In this document: in pieces, positions 8,853 through 19,100 of the stretch | How the letters are laid out: the number at the start of each line of letters is the position of its first letter | How positions within the stretch are numbered: position 1 is the stretch's first letter | Origin: a virus | Taxonomy: Duplodnaviria; Caudoviricetes | Length of the DNA: 64,000 nucleotides | Direction: 5' to 3' (one strand) | IMG/VR virus record: IMGVR_UViG_2862421350_000002 | Coordinates: 1 to 64,000 of that record | Made by a program: the position numbers and the translations under genes | Notes under the pieces: generated by a model | What the model saw: only the letters and a program-made list of their open reading frames with translations | What the model was told of the DNA's origin: nothing | Database searches by the model: none

Positions 8853-9481
8853 CCGTGACCGCCCCCGACAACCACGAGTTCGAGCGCATCATCCACGGCG
8901 GAATGCAGCCCCCCACCGCACCCCCCACCTGGGCCGACCCCACCCCCTACGGCACCTCCGCCGGGCACGCCCACACTGCCAAGACGGGTCTCACCACCCG
9001 CGGGAAAGCAGCCCTCGGACTCGGCGCCGCAGTCCTCGCCGGCGGCACCCTCCTCGGCTATCAGTCGTACTCCGCCAGCACCGCCCAGGCCGACCTCAAA
9101 GCCCAGGAACTCGCCCTCAAGTCCGAAGCTCTCGAGCTCGAGAAGCTCAAGGTCCTCAACGAGACGAAGACGGTCGCCGAGAGCAAGGCCACCGAGCAGG
9201 CCACAGCCCGTCAGACCGCGGTCGACACCTGCGTGAAGGGCCTCAAGAGCCAGGTCGGGAAGGGCTACGGCGCCCCGACGTACGGGGAGATCGTCGAGGA
9301 CTGCCAGTCCCAGTACCCGGACACCTCCGCCACCACCGACATGCAGGCCGCCAGCTCGTCCAGCACCTCCTCCGGCAGCACCGGAGGAGGCATCAACGAC
9401 GCCGCCGTCCTCGGCATCGGAGCCCTCGTCCTCCTCGGCGGGTTCGCCGTCCGGAAGAACACCCGCCCCAACCCTGCGTAA
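8849..9481 (+). CDS. Membrane protein (two TM segments, coiled coil), Spd-like
   Basis: Hydrophobic segments near both ends, ATGA overlap. Confidence 0.7.
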   Translation: MTVTAPDNHEFERIIHGGMQPPTAPPTWADPTPYGTSAGHAHTAKTGLTTRGKAALGLGAAVLAGGTLLGYQSYSASTAQADLKAQELALKSEALELEKLKVLNETKTVAESKATEQATARQTAVDTCVKGLKSQVGKGYGAPTYGEIVEDCQSQYPDTSATTDMQAASSSSTSSGSTGGGINDAAVLGIGALVLLGGFAVRKNTRPNPA

Positions 9482-9611
9482 CCAACCCGACCTACTACCT
9501 ACCTCTTCCCGCGCCGAAAAGCCCCGGTCAACCCCCGCACAGGACGGGCAAGATCCGGGATTCTCCGGCGTGGGAAGTAGGAAGTAGGGACTACCGAGAG
9601 TGAGGAATGTG

Positions 9612-11603
9612 ATGTCGGCAGACGCCGCACCGGCAGCCGCCACCACCCCCAGCATCGCGATTCCGCCTGCCCCGAACACCGCCCCCACGGCCACCGGGGC
9701 GGGCCCGCGGCAGAGCCTCCTCGCGTCCATGGTCGCCCCCGTCGAACCCGCCCGACCCGCCTTCACCCTCGACCCCGCAACCGCCGCACAGAACCCCACC
9801 CAGGGCGGCACCGACGTGCCCTCCGGAGGGGTCTCCAGCGCCTCCTTCCACGACGACACCACCCCCGCCGACACCAAGACGAACAACGCCTCCGGGAACG
9901 GCGCGGGGAAGCCGAAGCAGGGCATGATCCGGGCCCTCGTCCTCGCCGCCGCCGCACGGTGGGCGAAGGGCGGCGGCACCGCGAACAAGCGCCTCGACAT
10001 GCACAAGGCCCGCGCCCAGGCCGACCAGGTCAAGGAGACCCGGCAGGTCACCGTGAACCGCAGCCCCGGCACCGGAGGGGGCACCGGAACCGGCAAGGGG
10101 GCCGGTGCCGGTGGGGGCCGCGACTCCAAGGGCTCCGGCACCGGCTCTGCGGGCGGGTCTGGCGGGAAGTCCCTGGACCGGAAGTCCTCCGGCGGCACCA
10201 AGAACAGCGGATCCACGGGGCCGAAGAACAACACCAGCCCGGCCAAGAGCCCGAAGAGTCCGTCAGCCTCCGACAAGAACAGCAACTCCCGCGGCTCCTC
10301 GGGGTCGTCGGGCTCCTCCGGGCGCGGTAGCACGGGCGGGACAGGGGCAGGCGGGTTCGGAGGCGGCAAGAACACGGGCGGCGGCCGGACCGACTCCAGC
10401 GCCACACCGAAGCCGACCAAGACCAAGGACACCGCGGCGAACACCCCGAAGCCCTCGGTCGCCCCGAAGGGCAGCGGCAAGACCAGCACCGGCGGCGGCG
10501 CGGCGTCCGGCGGGGCGAAGGGAAGCGCAGGCAGCGAGGGCAAGCCGGGGAAGGACGGCAAAGCCGGCCCCGCCCCGACCGCCCCCAAAGGGCCGTCCGC
10601 AGGCGGCAGCACCAACACCAAGGACGCCCCGGCCAGTCCCCGGATCCCGAAGCAGACCACCAACGACAAGAAGACCACCGACAAAGACGCCAGCGACACG
10701 GCCAAGGACCCCAAGGCCAAGCCGGACCTGACGAAGGACCAGAAGCCGAAGGACCCCGCCACCAAGGACAGCGACACCCCGAACAAGCCCGACCCGGCCG
10801 ACAAGGCGACCGGCGACGAGAAGCAGCCCACCGGCAAGACCACCACCCCCGACCAGACCACTACCGCCGACGCCAGCGGGAAGCCCCTCGCCACCCAGCC
10901 AGCCCGCGAAACCGGCTACCGCGACGGCGCCCGTGCCGGAAAGGTCGCCGCCCACGTCCGCGCCTACCGTGACGGCGTGAAAGACGGCTGGGCCGACAGC
11001 CTCACCGCCGCCGACCACGAGAAGGCCCTCCTCGACGAGGCCCGCGAAGACCGCAAGCACAGCCGCGACGAAACCCGAGAGAGCGAGCAGCCCGTGGCCA
11101 CCGTGATCGCCAGCAGCGCCGACCACCACGACACTGCCCCCGGCGGACCGCAGCCCATCCAAGTCGCCGGGATCGACGCCAAGAACCTCCACCTCGGCGA
11201 CGGGGCCTCCCGCACCACCATCAGCCGCGGCGAAGTCCGCTCACTCAAGCAGTTCGAACGCCGCCTCGAGGAGCGGCTCGCCACCCTCCAGCAGACAGCC
11301 GACACCACCAAGCAGCTCCAGGCCCACGCCGAAGGCCAAGCCCAGCAGGCCCAGAACCTCCTCGAGCAGGCCAAGGGCGTCCAGGGCGGCGACAAGCTCG
11401 CCTCCGCCCTGTCCCGCCTCACAGAGGACGCCAAGAAGCAGGCCACCGAAGCCGAAGAGATCCACAAGCGGGCCGTACGGTCCGCCGACGCCTGCGCCGC
11501 CGTCCTCGCCAACGCTTCCACCCGCTACGGCGGCATGTACCAGGCCGTCGTCGACTCACCCGAAACACTCCCCGCCGAACTCACCTACTACCAGGGAGCC
11601 TGA
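9612..11603 (+). CDS. Large G/S/K/T low-complexity transfer protein with C-terminal helical domain
   Basis: Long ORF, GAGGA RBS; C-terminal ~125 aa resembles the next protein. Confidence 0.75.
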   Translation: MSADAAPAAATTPSIAIPPAPNTAPTATGAGPRQSLLASMVAPVEPARPAFTLDPATAAQNPTQGGTDVPSGGVSSASFHDDTTPADTKTNNASGNGAGKPKQGMIRALVLAAAARWAKGGGTANKRLDMHKARAQADQVKETRQVTVNRSPGTGGGTGTGKGAGAGGGRDSKGSGTGSAGGSGGKSLDRKSSGGTKNSGSTGPKNNTSPAKSPKSPSASDKNSNSRGSSGSSGSSGRGSTGGTGAGGFGGGKNTGGGRTDSSATPKPTKTKDTAANTPKPSVAPKGSGKTSTGGGAASGGAKGSAGSEGKPGKDGKAGPAPTAPKGPSAGGSTNTKDAPASPRIPKQTTNDKKTTDKDASDTAKDPKAKPDLTKDQKPKDPATKDSDTPNKPDPADKATGDEKQPTGKTTTPDQTTTADASGKPLATQPARETGYRDGARAGKVAAHVRAYRDGVKDGWADSLTAADHEKALLDEAREDRKHSRDETRESEQPVATVIASSADHHDTAPGGPQPIQVAGIDAKNLHLGDGASRTTISRGEVRSLKQFERRLEERLATLQQTADTTKQLQAHAEGQAQQAQNLLEQAKGVQGGDKLASALSRLTEDAKKQATEAEEIHKRAVRSADACAAVLANASTRYGGMYQAVVDSPETLPAELTYYQGA

Positions 11604-11605
11604 CC

Positions 11606-11986
11606 ATGGCCACCGACATCCGGTTCCGGGAACTCCAGAAAGCCGTCAACGACCTCGGCAAGCAGGTCGTCCGCGCCTCCGAGATGATCCACCAGCACGG
11701 CGAGCACATCACCGGTGAAGCGCAGGACACCGCCCGCACCGCCGAAGGCATCGCCGCCATGGGCGTCGACCCCGAAACCGTCGCCGAGACCCAGCACCTC
11801 GCCCGCCTCATGGACGGACTGTCCGACTCCGCCCACGCCTACGTGTCCGCCGCCGACGCCACGGCCAAGTCCGCCCGCGCCGCCCACGCCCAGAACCAGG
11901 CCTCCCACGGCGGCATCGCCGAAGCCGTCGCCCGCTCCACGGTCCAGACCGACAACCTGCACCGCGAATGGCTCCGCGAGGAGTAA
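11606..11986 (+). CDS. TraA-like helical hairpin protein
   Basis: 126 aa, all-helical, immediately upstream of traB. Confidence 0.7.
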   Translation: MATDIRFRELQKAVNDLGKQVVRASEMIHQHGEHITGEAQDTARTAEGIAAMGVDPETVAETQHLARLMDGLSDSAHAYVSAADATAKSARAAHAQNQASHGGIAEAVARSTVQTDNLHREWLREE

Positions 11987-12054
11987 CCCCACTGGGGCGG
12001 CCGCCCCGCCCCGGCCCCTTTCCCGCCCGGCACCCCCACCGTCAGGAGACCCCC

Positions 12055-14331
12055 ATGACCACGCCCGCCACCACGACCACCCGGTCAGCCACCACCGAAC
12101 GCGCCATCGCCATCGCCACCACCGCAGCCCCCATCGCCACCGGCATCCTCGCCCCCCTCCTCGACGGAGGCGCCGCCTTCACCGCAACCCTCGCCTACGG
12201 GGGAGCAGCCGGCTTCCTTGCCGCGAACTACATGGGCCGCCTCCCACCCGCCCTCCGCGCGAACCTCCCCGCCGCCGACATCGCGGAGGCTCACCGCGGC
12301 CCCCTCTTCATCTCAACGCTCACCACCGGCACTGCCCTCGCCATGGGCACCCTCATGGGCCCCGAAGGCTCCGACGCCCTCATGGCCGGCATCCTCGACC
12401 AGCCCACCATCCCCGGCATCGTCTCCCTCGGCTGGTGGGCCGCCGTCGCCCTCGTCCCCTTCAAGCTCCGCAATGTCCTTCGCCGCGTCCACCCCGCAGC
12501 CGCCCCCAGCCCTTCGGTCACCCCTCACGCAGCCCTGGCCACCGAAGCCGACCACATCGCCCAACGCTGGGGACACCACATCTCCCACCCCAAGACCGGC
12601 ACCCACCGCGGCCAGATCCTCACCGTCAACACCGTCACCCCCACCCGCTGGGCCGGCATCATCACCGCCCCCGTCGGCGGCACCGTCACGGTCACCCCTG
12701 ACGCCATCTCCTCCGTCTACCAAGTCCCCGCCGCCTGGATCACCCTCCAGCCCGGCGCGCACGCGGGGGAGCGGCAGATCACCGTCAACCTCACCCCACC
12801 CGCCGACGTCGACCCCACCACCCTTGCCGGGGCCTGGCGCAAGTGGGTCGCCAAGACCAACGGCATCATGGCCGGCACCCACCTCGAGGACGTCCAGGAC
12901 GACCCCAACACTGGCGGCCAAGTCGCCTACGTCGTCGCCGGCGAGAACCTCGACCGGCTCCCCACCCCCGACCAGGCAAGCCTCGCCGGAGCCCTCCGCA
13001 CCAACACGCTCCTCTGCTCCTACACCCACACGCCCGGAAACCCCCGCCGCGGCGAGATCCGCCTCATGAAGGAGAACCCGCTCCAGAGCGGCGTCCCCTT
13101 CCCCGGCCGCCACGTTCTCGAGATCAGCGCTGGCGGATACGTCCAAGTCGGCCGCCACGTTTCCGGCTTTCCCGCCCGCATCCAGTTCACCGACCCCACT
13201 CTCGGCGCCCGACACGTCTTCATCGCCGGCGTCACCGGCTCCGGCAAGGGCGGCCTCGTACAGATCGTCGCCCTCGCCGACCACGTCAACGGCCACGCCA
13301 TTATCTACATCGACCCGAAGGGCTCCTCGAACCCCGACATCGAAACCATCGCCGCCTACTCAGGCCTCGGCGAAGAAGGCTCCATCCAGGGCCTCCGTGT
13401 CGCTTACGCCCTTATGCAGTGGCGGATCGCCGAGTCCGCCCGCCTCAAGATGAAGAACTTCGTCGCCACCCCGGAACGCCCCTGGGTCCGCGTCATCCTC
13501 GACGAAGCCCACGTGCCCCTTTCTGAACTCGAGGAGCACAAGAAGGAAGCCCAGACCATCCTCGAGGCGCTCGCAGCGAAAGCCCGCTCCCTCGGCATCA
13601 TCCTCTGCATCGTCAACCAGGCCATGAACGCTGACAAGCTCGGCGGCTCCACCGCCCTGCGCACCAACGTCATCCAAGGCGGATCCCTCGTCATGCTCCG
13701 CACCGACTCCGGCCAGCAACACCTCGCCACCACCGGCTTCGAAGGCGTCGACCCCGGCCAGATCCCCGCCGCCTGGGACGTCGACCGCCCCCTCGTCTAC
13801 GACTCCACCGTCACCCTCAAAGACCCCCGCACCACGTTCGGACTGGGCTACACCCTCGGCCCCGGCGGCACAGCCGAGATGATGCGCACCTTCATGCTCG
13901 AGTCCGCCGCCCCCCACATCGACAGCAGTGCGGTTGCGTACCCCGCAGACTGGCCCGACTGGGACAACCGGTACGACATTGCGAATACCCCGATCCTCGG
14001 AGGGGACCAGGCCGGCAGCGACTTCGACTTCCCTTCCACCCCCGGCACCCTCTCCGTTCCCCCGCCACCGAAGAAGCTGACCAGCACCGACGACAAGATC
14101 CTCCAAGCCCTTAAGGACGTCGCCGACCCCATCGGCCACGACACCGCGTACCTCCACAAGGACCAGCTCGCCACCATGACCGGATCCAGCGGATCCACCC
14201 TCGACAACGCCCTCACCCGCCTCACCAAGACGGGCCAGATCCACCGGCGCACCGAGGGCGACAAAGTCATCCGCGGCGAGTACGGGCCCGGCCCGGGGCC
14301 CGCAGACGACACCACGACCGAGACAGGCTGA
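12055..14331 (+). CDS. traB: FtsK/SpoIIIE-like conjugative DNA translocase
   Basis: N-terminal TM helices, GVTGSGKG Walker A, VILDEAH Walker B, C-terminal wHTH. Confidence 0.88.
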   Translation: MTTPATTTTRSATTERAIAIATTAAPIATGILAPLLDGGAAFTATLAYGGAAGFLAANYMGRLPPALRANLPAADIAEAHRGPLFISTLTTGTALAMGTLMGPEGSDALMAGILDQPTIPGIVSLGWWAAVALVPFKLRNVLRRVHPAAAPSPSVTPHAALATEADHIAQRWGHHISHPKTGTHRGQILTVNTVTPTRWAGIITAPVGGTVTVTPDAISSVYQVPAAWITLQPGAHAGERQITVNLTPPADVDPTTLAGAWRKWVAKTNGIMAGTHLEDVQDDPNTGGQVAYVVAGENLDRLPTPDQASLAGALRTNTLLCSYTHTPGNPRRGEIRLMKENPLQSGVPFPGRHVLEISAGGYVQVGRHVSGFPARIQFTDPTLGARHVFIAGVTGSGKGGLVQIVALADHVNGHAIIYIDPKGSSNPDIETIAAYSGLGEEGSIQGLRVAYALMQWRIAESARLKMKNFVATPERPWVRVILDEAHVPLSELEEHKKEAQTILEALAAKARSLGIILCIVNQAMNADKLGGSTALRTNVIQGGSLVMLRTDSGQQHLATTGFEGVDPGQIPAAWDVDRPLVYDSTVTLKDPRTTFGLGYTLGPGGTAEMMRTFMLESAAPHIDSSAVAYPADWPDWDNRYDIANTPILGGDQAGSDFDFPSTPGTLSVPPPPKKLTSTDDKILQALKDVADPIGHDTAYLHKDQLATMTGSSGSTLDNALTRLTKTGQIHRRTEGDKVIRGEYGPGPGPADDTTTETG

Positions 14332-14691
14332 CCCTTGCCCCGCACCACCCGAACGGTCACCGCCCGCCTCCCCGGCGGGCGGTACCTCGTCGCCATCCTC
14401 GACCCTGACACCGCCGCCCAGCACAGCCCGCTGCGCCGCCACCTCCGCACCGAAGCGACCCAAGCGACCGAACGTCGGCAGGGACCGAAGGGGCCCGAAG
14501 CCGGAGAACTCCCGGCGGACGGCACCGGCCCAGGCTGACGATCCGGGGAAGAGCAGCCCGGACAAACCCTGATTCGTACGCCACGCTGGTACTGCACGGC
14601 CGGTCAGGGAGCCCCGGTGTCCCCGCGCCCACTCCCCGACCGGCCGGCCGCACACCGCGCCGCCCGGCCCCCAGCCGCCAGCGGCGCACAA

Positions 14692-14725
14692 CGGCCCCTC
14701 CAGTACCCGAGGTCTGGAGGGGCCG
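14692..14725. terminator. Hairpin between convergent units
   Basis: CGGCCCCTCCAG...CTGGAGGGGCCG. Confidence 0.65.
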
Positions 14726-14748
14726 CCGTACGTCCAGGACGTGGCCGG

Positions 14749-15447
14749 CTACTTCACCGGCTTCCACACCGCGCACCGCTCCGACGTGAACTGACCGTCA
14801 GACGACGCAATCGTCACCGTGATCGACCTGGCCGACGTCGCGAAATTGTTGTCGATGATGTCCCCGCCCTCCGACGTCCGCTCCCAATAGCAGTCCTCCA
14901 CCCGGCCCGACGCCCGATACGTACCCGGCGGGATCGTCACCAGGTCCTCGTCCTCCTCCAACTGCTCCGCGGTCGGCTGCTTCGACGACACCACGTACGT
15001 GCCGTTCCCGAACCACCGCTCGTAGTCCCCGGACACGGCCTCCTTCACCGTCTTCGTCCACTTCGGGCACAGCTTCGGAACCCCCGCCAGCAGCATCGCT
15101 TCACCCGAGCCCTCCAGCATTCCGGACTCGACCAGCCACTGCGGCCGCGACGCCCCATCCACCGCGCTCACCGGCAGCGAGTCGCAGATGTCCCGCACGA
15201 ACTCCGACGCCGACCCGTACAAGTCATCGACGATCCACCCCTTCTCGTCCGACATCCGGTCGATGTCACCCTCCGGCCCGGCCGCGTACACCGGCTCCGG
15301 ATCTTCAGTCACCGGCGGCACCGTGCTCGGTACCACCTCCGGGCTCGACACCGCGGACGCCGGCTTCCCGTCGTCGCCCCCTCCACCGCACCCCGACACC
15401 AACACCACCGCAGCCAAACCAGCCGCCACGAACCCCACCCCACGCAT
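14749..15447 (-). CDS. Lipoprotein
   Basis: Signal peptide with LVSGC lipobox; PGTYR..CYWER..DIIDN domain. Confidence 0.8.
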   Translation of the reverse strand: MRGVGFVAAGLAAVVLVSGCGGGGDDGKPASAVSSPEVVPSTVPPVTEDPEPVYAAGPEGDIDRMSDEKGWIVDDLYGSASEFVRDICDSLPVSAVDGASRPQWLVESGMLEGSGEAMLLAGVPKLCPKWTKTVKEAVSGDYERWFGNGTYVVSSKQPTAEQLEEDEDLVTIPPGTYRASGRVEDCYWERTSEGGDIIDNNFATSARSITVTIASSDGQFTSERCAVWKPVK

Positions 15448-15574
15448 CACTCTCATGCGCCGCAGAATGACACCCCACCAGAGCAGGGGGAAGGAAAACC
15501 GGGACATCGGGGATCATCAGTAACAGGCGCGGGGCCTAACCAGCACAACCACACACAGCGGGAGCCCTACCGCC

Positions 15575-16111
15575 ATGGCAAAAGGAAAGCCCGTCGAAGC
15601 CGAAGTCTCCGCCCGCCGCGCCAAGCTCATCAGGCTGCGCCGCGAAGGCGTCCGCTACGACGACCCACGCATCCTGGACCTCGGATACAGCGACAGCGGT
15701 GCCGCCCGTAAGGACGTTATCCGCGCCCTTGAACGGAACCGCAACGAGGAAGCCGCCGAGGTCTCCGTCTACCGGCAGCAGGAGAACGAACGCCTCGACT
15801 CCCTCCTCGAAGCAGTCTGGGACAAAGCCACCACCCCCAGCCTCGTCTTCAACAAGGAGCGCGAGGTTGTCGCCGAGGAGATCGACCTCAAGGCCGTCGA
15901 CACCGTCCTCAAGCTCATGGACCGCCGCGCCAAGCTCAACGGCCTGGACATGCCGCAGCGCACCGAACTCTCCGGGCCCGACGGCGGCGCGGTCCCGTTT
16001 GGCACCGGGTCCCTCGACGAGCTGAACGCCCTGATCGGCTTCGCCGGACAGAACACCCCCACGAAGGCGACCGCCAAGCCGAAGGACACCGGTGGCAACA
16101 CCGACGGATGA
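15575..16111 (+). CDS. terS: Terminase small subunit
   Basis: N-terminal HTH, RRAKLNGLD..ELSGPDGG; overlaps terL. Confidence 0.8.
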   Translation: MAKGKPVEAEVSARRAKLIRLRREGVRYDDPRILDLGYSDSGAARKDVIRALERNRNEEAAEVSVYRQQENERLDSLLEAVWDKATTPSLVFNKEREVVAEEIDLKAVDTVLKLMDRRAKLNGLDMPQRTELSGPDGGAVPFGTGSLDELNALIGFAGQNTPTKATAKPKDTGGNTDG

Positions 16112-19100
16112 GCTCCTCGAGGACGCACTGCTCCACGAATACCGGGAGCTGCCCGTCCCCGAACGGCGCCGTATCGCCCAAGCGGCCAGCCCCGACATCC
16201 GCCTCCGCCTCGCCTGGGTGGAGCGGCAGATGGCCATGGACCGCTCTCCGGGCGCCCTCGCATCCGTCCTTACCGAAGGCCGGGAGAAGCAGGCCCCGCA
16301 CCTCGACATGATCGACGACGTGTTCCGGCGGATTGCCGCAGGGGAGCGAATGCAGGTGATGATCACCTGCCCGCCAAGGCACGGGAAGGCGCTGGCCCTT
16401 GAGACGCCCATTCCCACGCCGAAAGGCTGGACGACCATGGGCGAACTCAAGGCCGGCGATGAGGTCTTCGACGAGCTCGGGAAGCCGTGCACGGTCACCT
16501 GGACTTCGCCCACTTGGTACGACAGGCCGTGCTTTGACGTCGTCACCGACAGCGGCGGACACATCGTTGCGGACTACGCCCACGAGTGGAAGGCCAGCCT
16601 GGACCGGCGGTACCCCGATCGTCTCTACAACACCTGCGACCTCGCACGCACGCGCGCCAAGCAAGCAATGATCTGGACAGCGAACGCCCTCGAGCTCCCG
16701 GACCAAGAGCTCCCCGTACCGCCGTACCTGCTTGGAGCCTGGCTGGGAGATGGGCGCTCCGACGATGGCGGCATAACGGCGGACCCGGAGGACGCCAAGC
16801 ATCTGCGAACCGTCATCCACGAGCTTGGCTACAAGACGGTCCAGTGGTCGAGGCCAACCGTCTTCGGTGTAGTCGGCTTGCGCAGCCAGCTCCGCAGTCT
16901 TGGAGTGCTCGGCAACAAGCACGTCCCGGCGCAGTACCTGCGAGGATCGATCGAACAGCGCAGGGCTCTGCTTCAAGGCCTCGTGGACACCGACGGGCAT
17001 GTGGCCAAGGACGGGCAGGTCGAGTTTTGCAGTATCAAGCGAGGACTCGCGGAAGCCGTGCAGGAGCTGGTGTACAGCTTGGGCGGGAAAGCCTCGCTCA
17101 TCACAGGAGACGCCACGCTCAACGGGCGCTTCATCTCCAAGAAGTACCGCGTGATGTTCTACATGGAGGGAGCCGCTCGGCTGCCACGCAAGGCAGCCAA
17201 GTGCCGTACCGGCATACGGAGCAACCGGCACTACGTCATGGCGATGCGGCGTAGCGCGACAGCCACCCGCTGTATCGAGGTCGACTCCCCATCACACCTC
17301 TTCCTGGCCGGTCGAGCCATGATCCCCACCCACAACAGCCAGCGCGCCTCCCGGTGGGGGCCGCTCTGGTACCTCCGCCGGAACCCGACCGCCCGGGTCA
17401 TGCTCGCCTCGTACGGTGCCGAGCTCGCCGACGACCACGGGCGCTGGGTCCGCGACCAGCTACGCCTTCACGGCAACACCCTCGGCGTACGCCTCGACCC
17501 CGCCTCCCGGGCCGCGAACCGCTTCGACCTCGAAACTCCCCGCGGGTCATCCGTACGCGGCGGCATGGTCACTGCTGGCGTCGGAGGGTCGCTGACCGGC
17601 AAGGGATTTTCGCTCGGCGTCATCGACGACCCGTTCAAAGGTTCCGACGACGCGAACAGCCCTGCCCAGCGCCAACGCGTCTGGGACTGGTACCGGTCCG
17701 TGTTCTACACCCGCCGCGCCCCCGGCGCCTCCATCGTCCTCATTAACTGTATAGTGGGATCCATGAGAGCTTTGGGGGGAGATGGGCGCTGGAAGCCCAT
17801 ATCTGAGATTCGACCTGGCGACACGGTTGTGTCTCTGGCGGATGATCAGAAGACGCTTGTCACGGCCAAGGTCATGGGTCAGCGACTGTCCGGGGAGGAC
17901 GCCACGCTCAACGTCGCGACGGATCGGCTGTCCCTTCGGGTGAACGGACGGCACCCCTTCGCCGTTCTTCGCTCGGACAAGGTGCGCCCTGATCCGCTGA
18001 AGGACCTCCACTGGGTCAGGGCGGAGGACTTGGAGGTGGGTGACCTCGTCATCACGACCAAGTCACTTCCGGACGACTACGTGGCGAGCGATGTCCTACC
18101 GGACGGGTCACCTGTCGATGAAGAACGCGCCTGGTTGCTCGGATACCTACTCGGAGACGGGTGGGCTGGGGAGAACAGACGAGCCAACGGCCGGATCAAC
18201 TACTACGTGGCCTGCGCTAAGGGCAGCAGCCAGAAGGAGTGGAAGCAGGACCTGGATGATCGCTTGTTCGCAGCGCTGGATGGGTGGTCGCCGAACAAGG
18301 TCTACGAGACCAAGTTCGGGTACTGGCGGACCGAGTGGGCTGACGGAGGGCGACTCCTGCGCCAGATGGGTTATGGAAGCGGCGCGAGGGGCAAGCGCGT
18401 GCCGGACTGCGTTTGGGGCTGGTCTCCGAGTCTGCGGCGCGCGTTCCTGTTCGGATACGCAGAAGCTGACGGAGGGCTCCAGTACAAGGGGAAGAAGCGT
18501 GACACCGCGCCCGTGTGGCGTATCGGGTCGGTCAATAAGGAACTCCTCGATGACGTGCGGGACCTTGCGCTGACCTGCGGTGTCAGGCCGACCACCGTCT
18601 TCGTGGACAGGCCGCGTTGGCAGCAGCCTCCCGGGAGCCCGAAGCCGGTTCTCAGCACCCTCTGCAGCATCGGTCTCTCCTTCGGTCCATCCCACGCAGA
18701 AGGGCGGGGATCGATCCGAATCGGCTCACCACACCCGGCCCCTGAGCATCTGCGCTACGAGAGGATCAGGAGCATCACTCCCGGCCCTGCCTTGCCCGTA
18801 TACGACCTTGCGGTCGAGGGAACGGAGAATTTCGTCGCCGAAGGGTTCGTGGTTCACAACACGCGCTGGCACGAGAAGGACCTCTCCGGGCAGATCCTCG
18901 ACACCGAACCCGAGAACTGGACCCTGATCGACCTCCCCGCCCTCGCTCTCTCCGACACCGACCCCCTCGGCCGGCAACCCGGCGAAGCCCTCTGGCCCGA
19001 GCAGTACGACGAAGAGGAACTCGCCCGCACCAAACGAGCCGTCGGTGAACGTGTCTGGTGGGCCCTCTACCAACAGCAGCCCCGCCCCCTCGAAGGCGGC

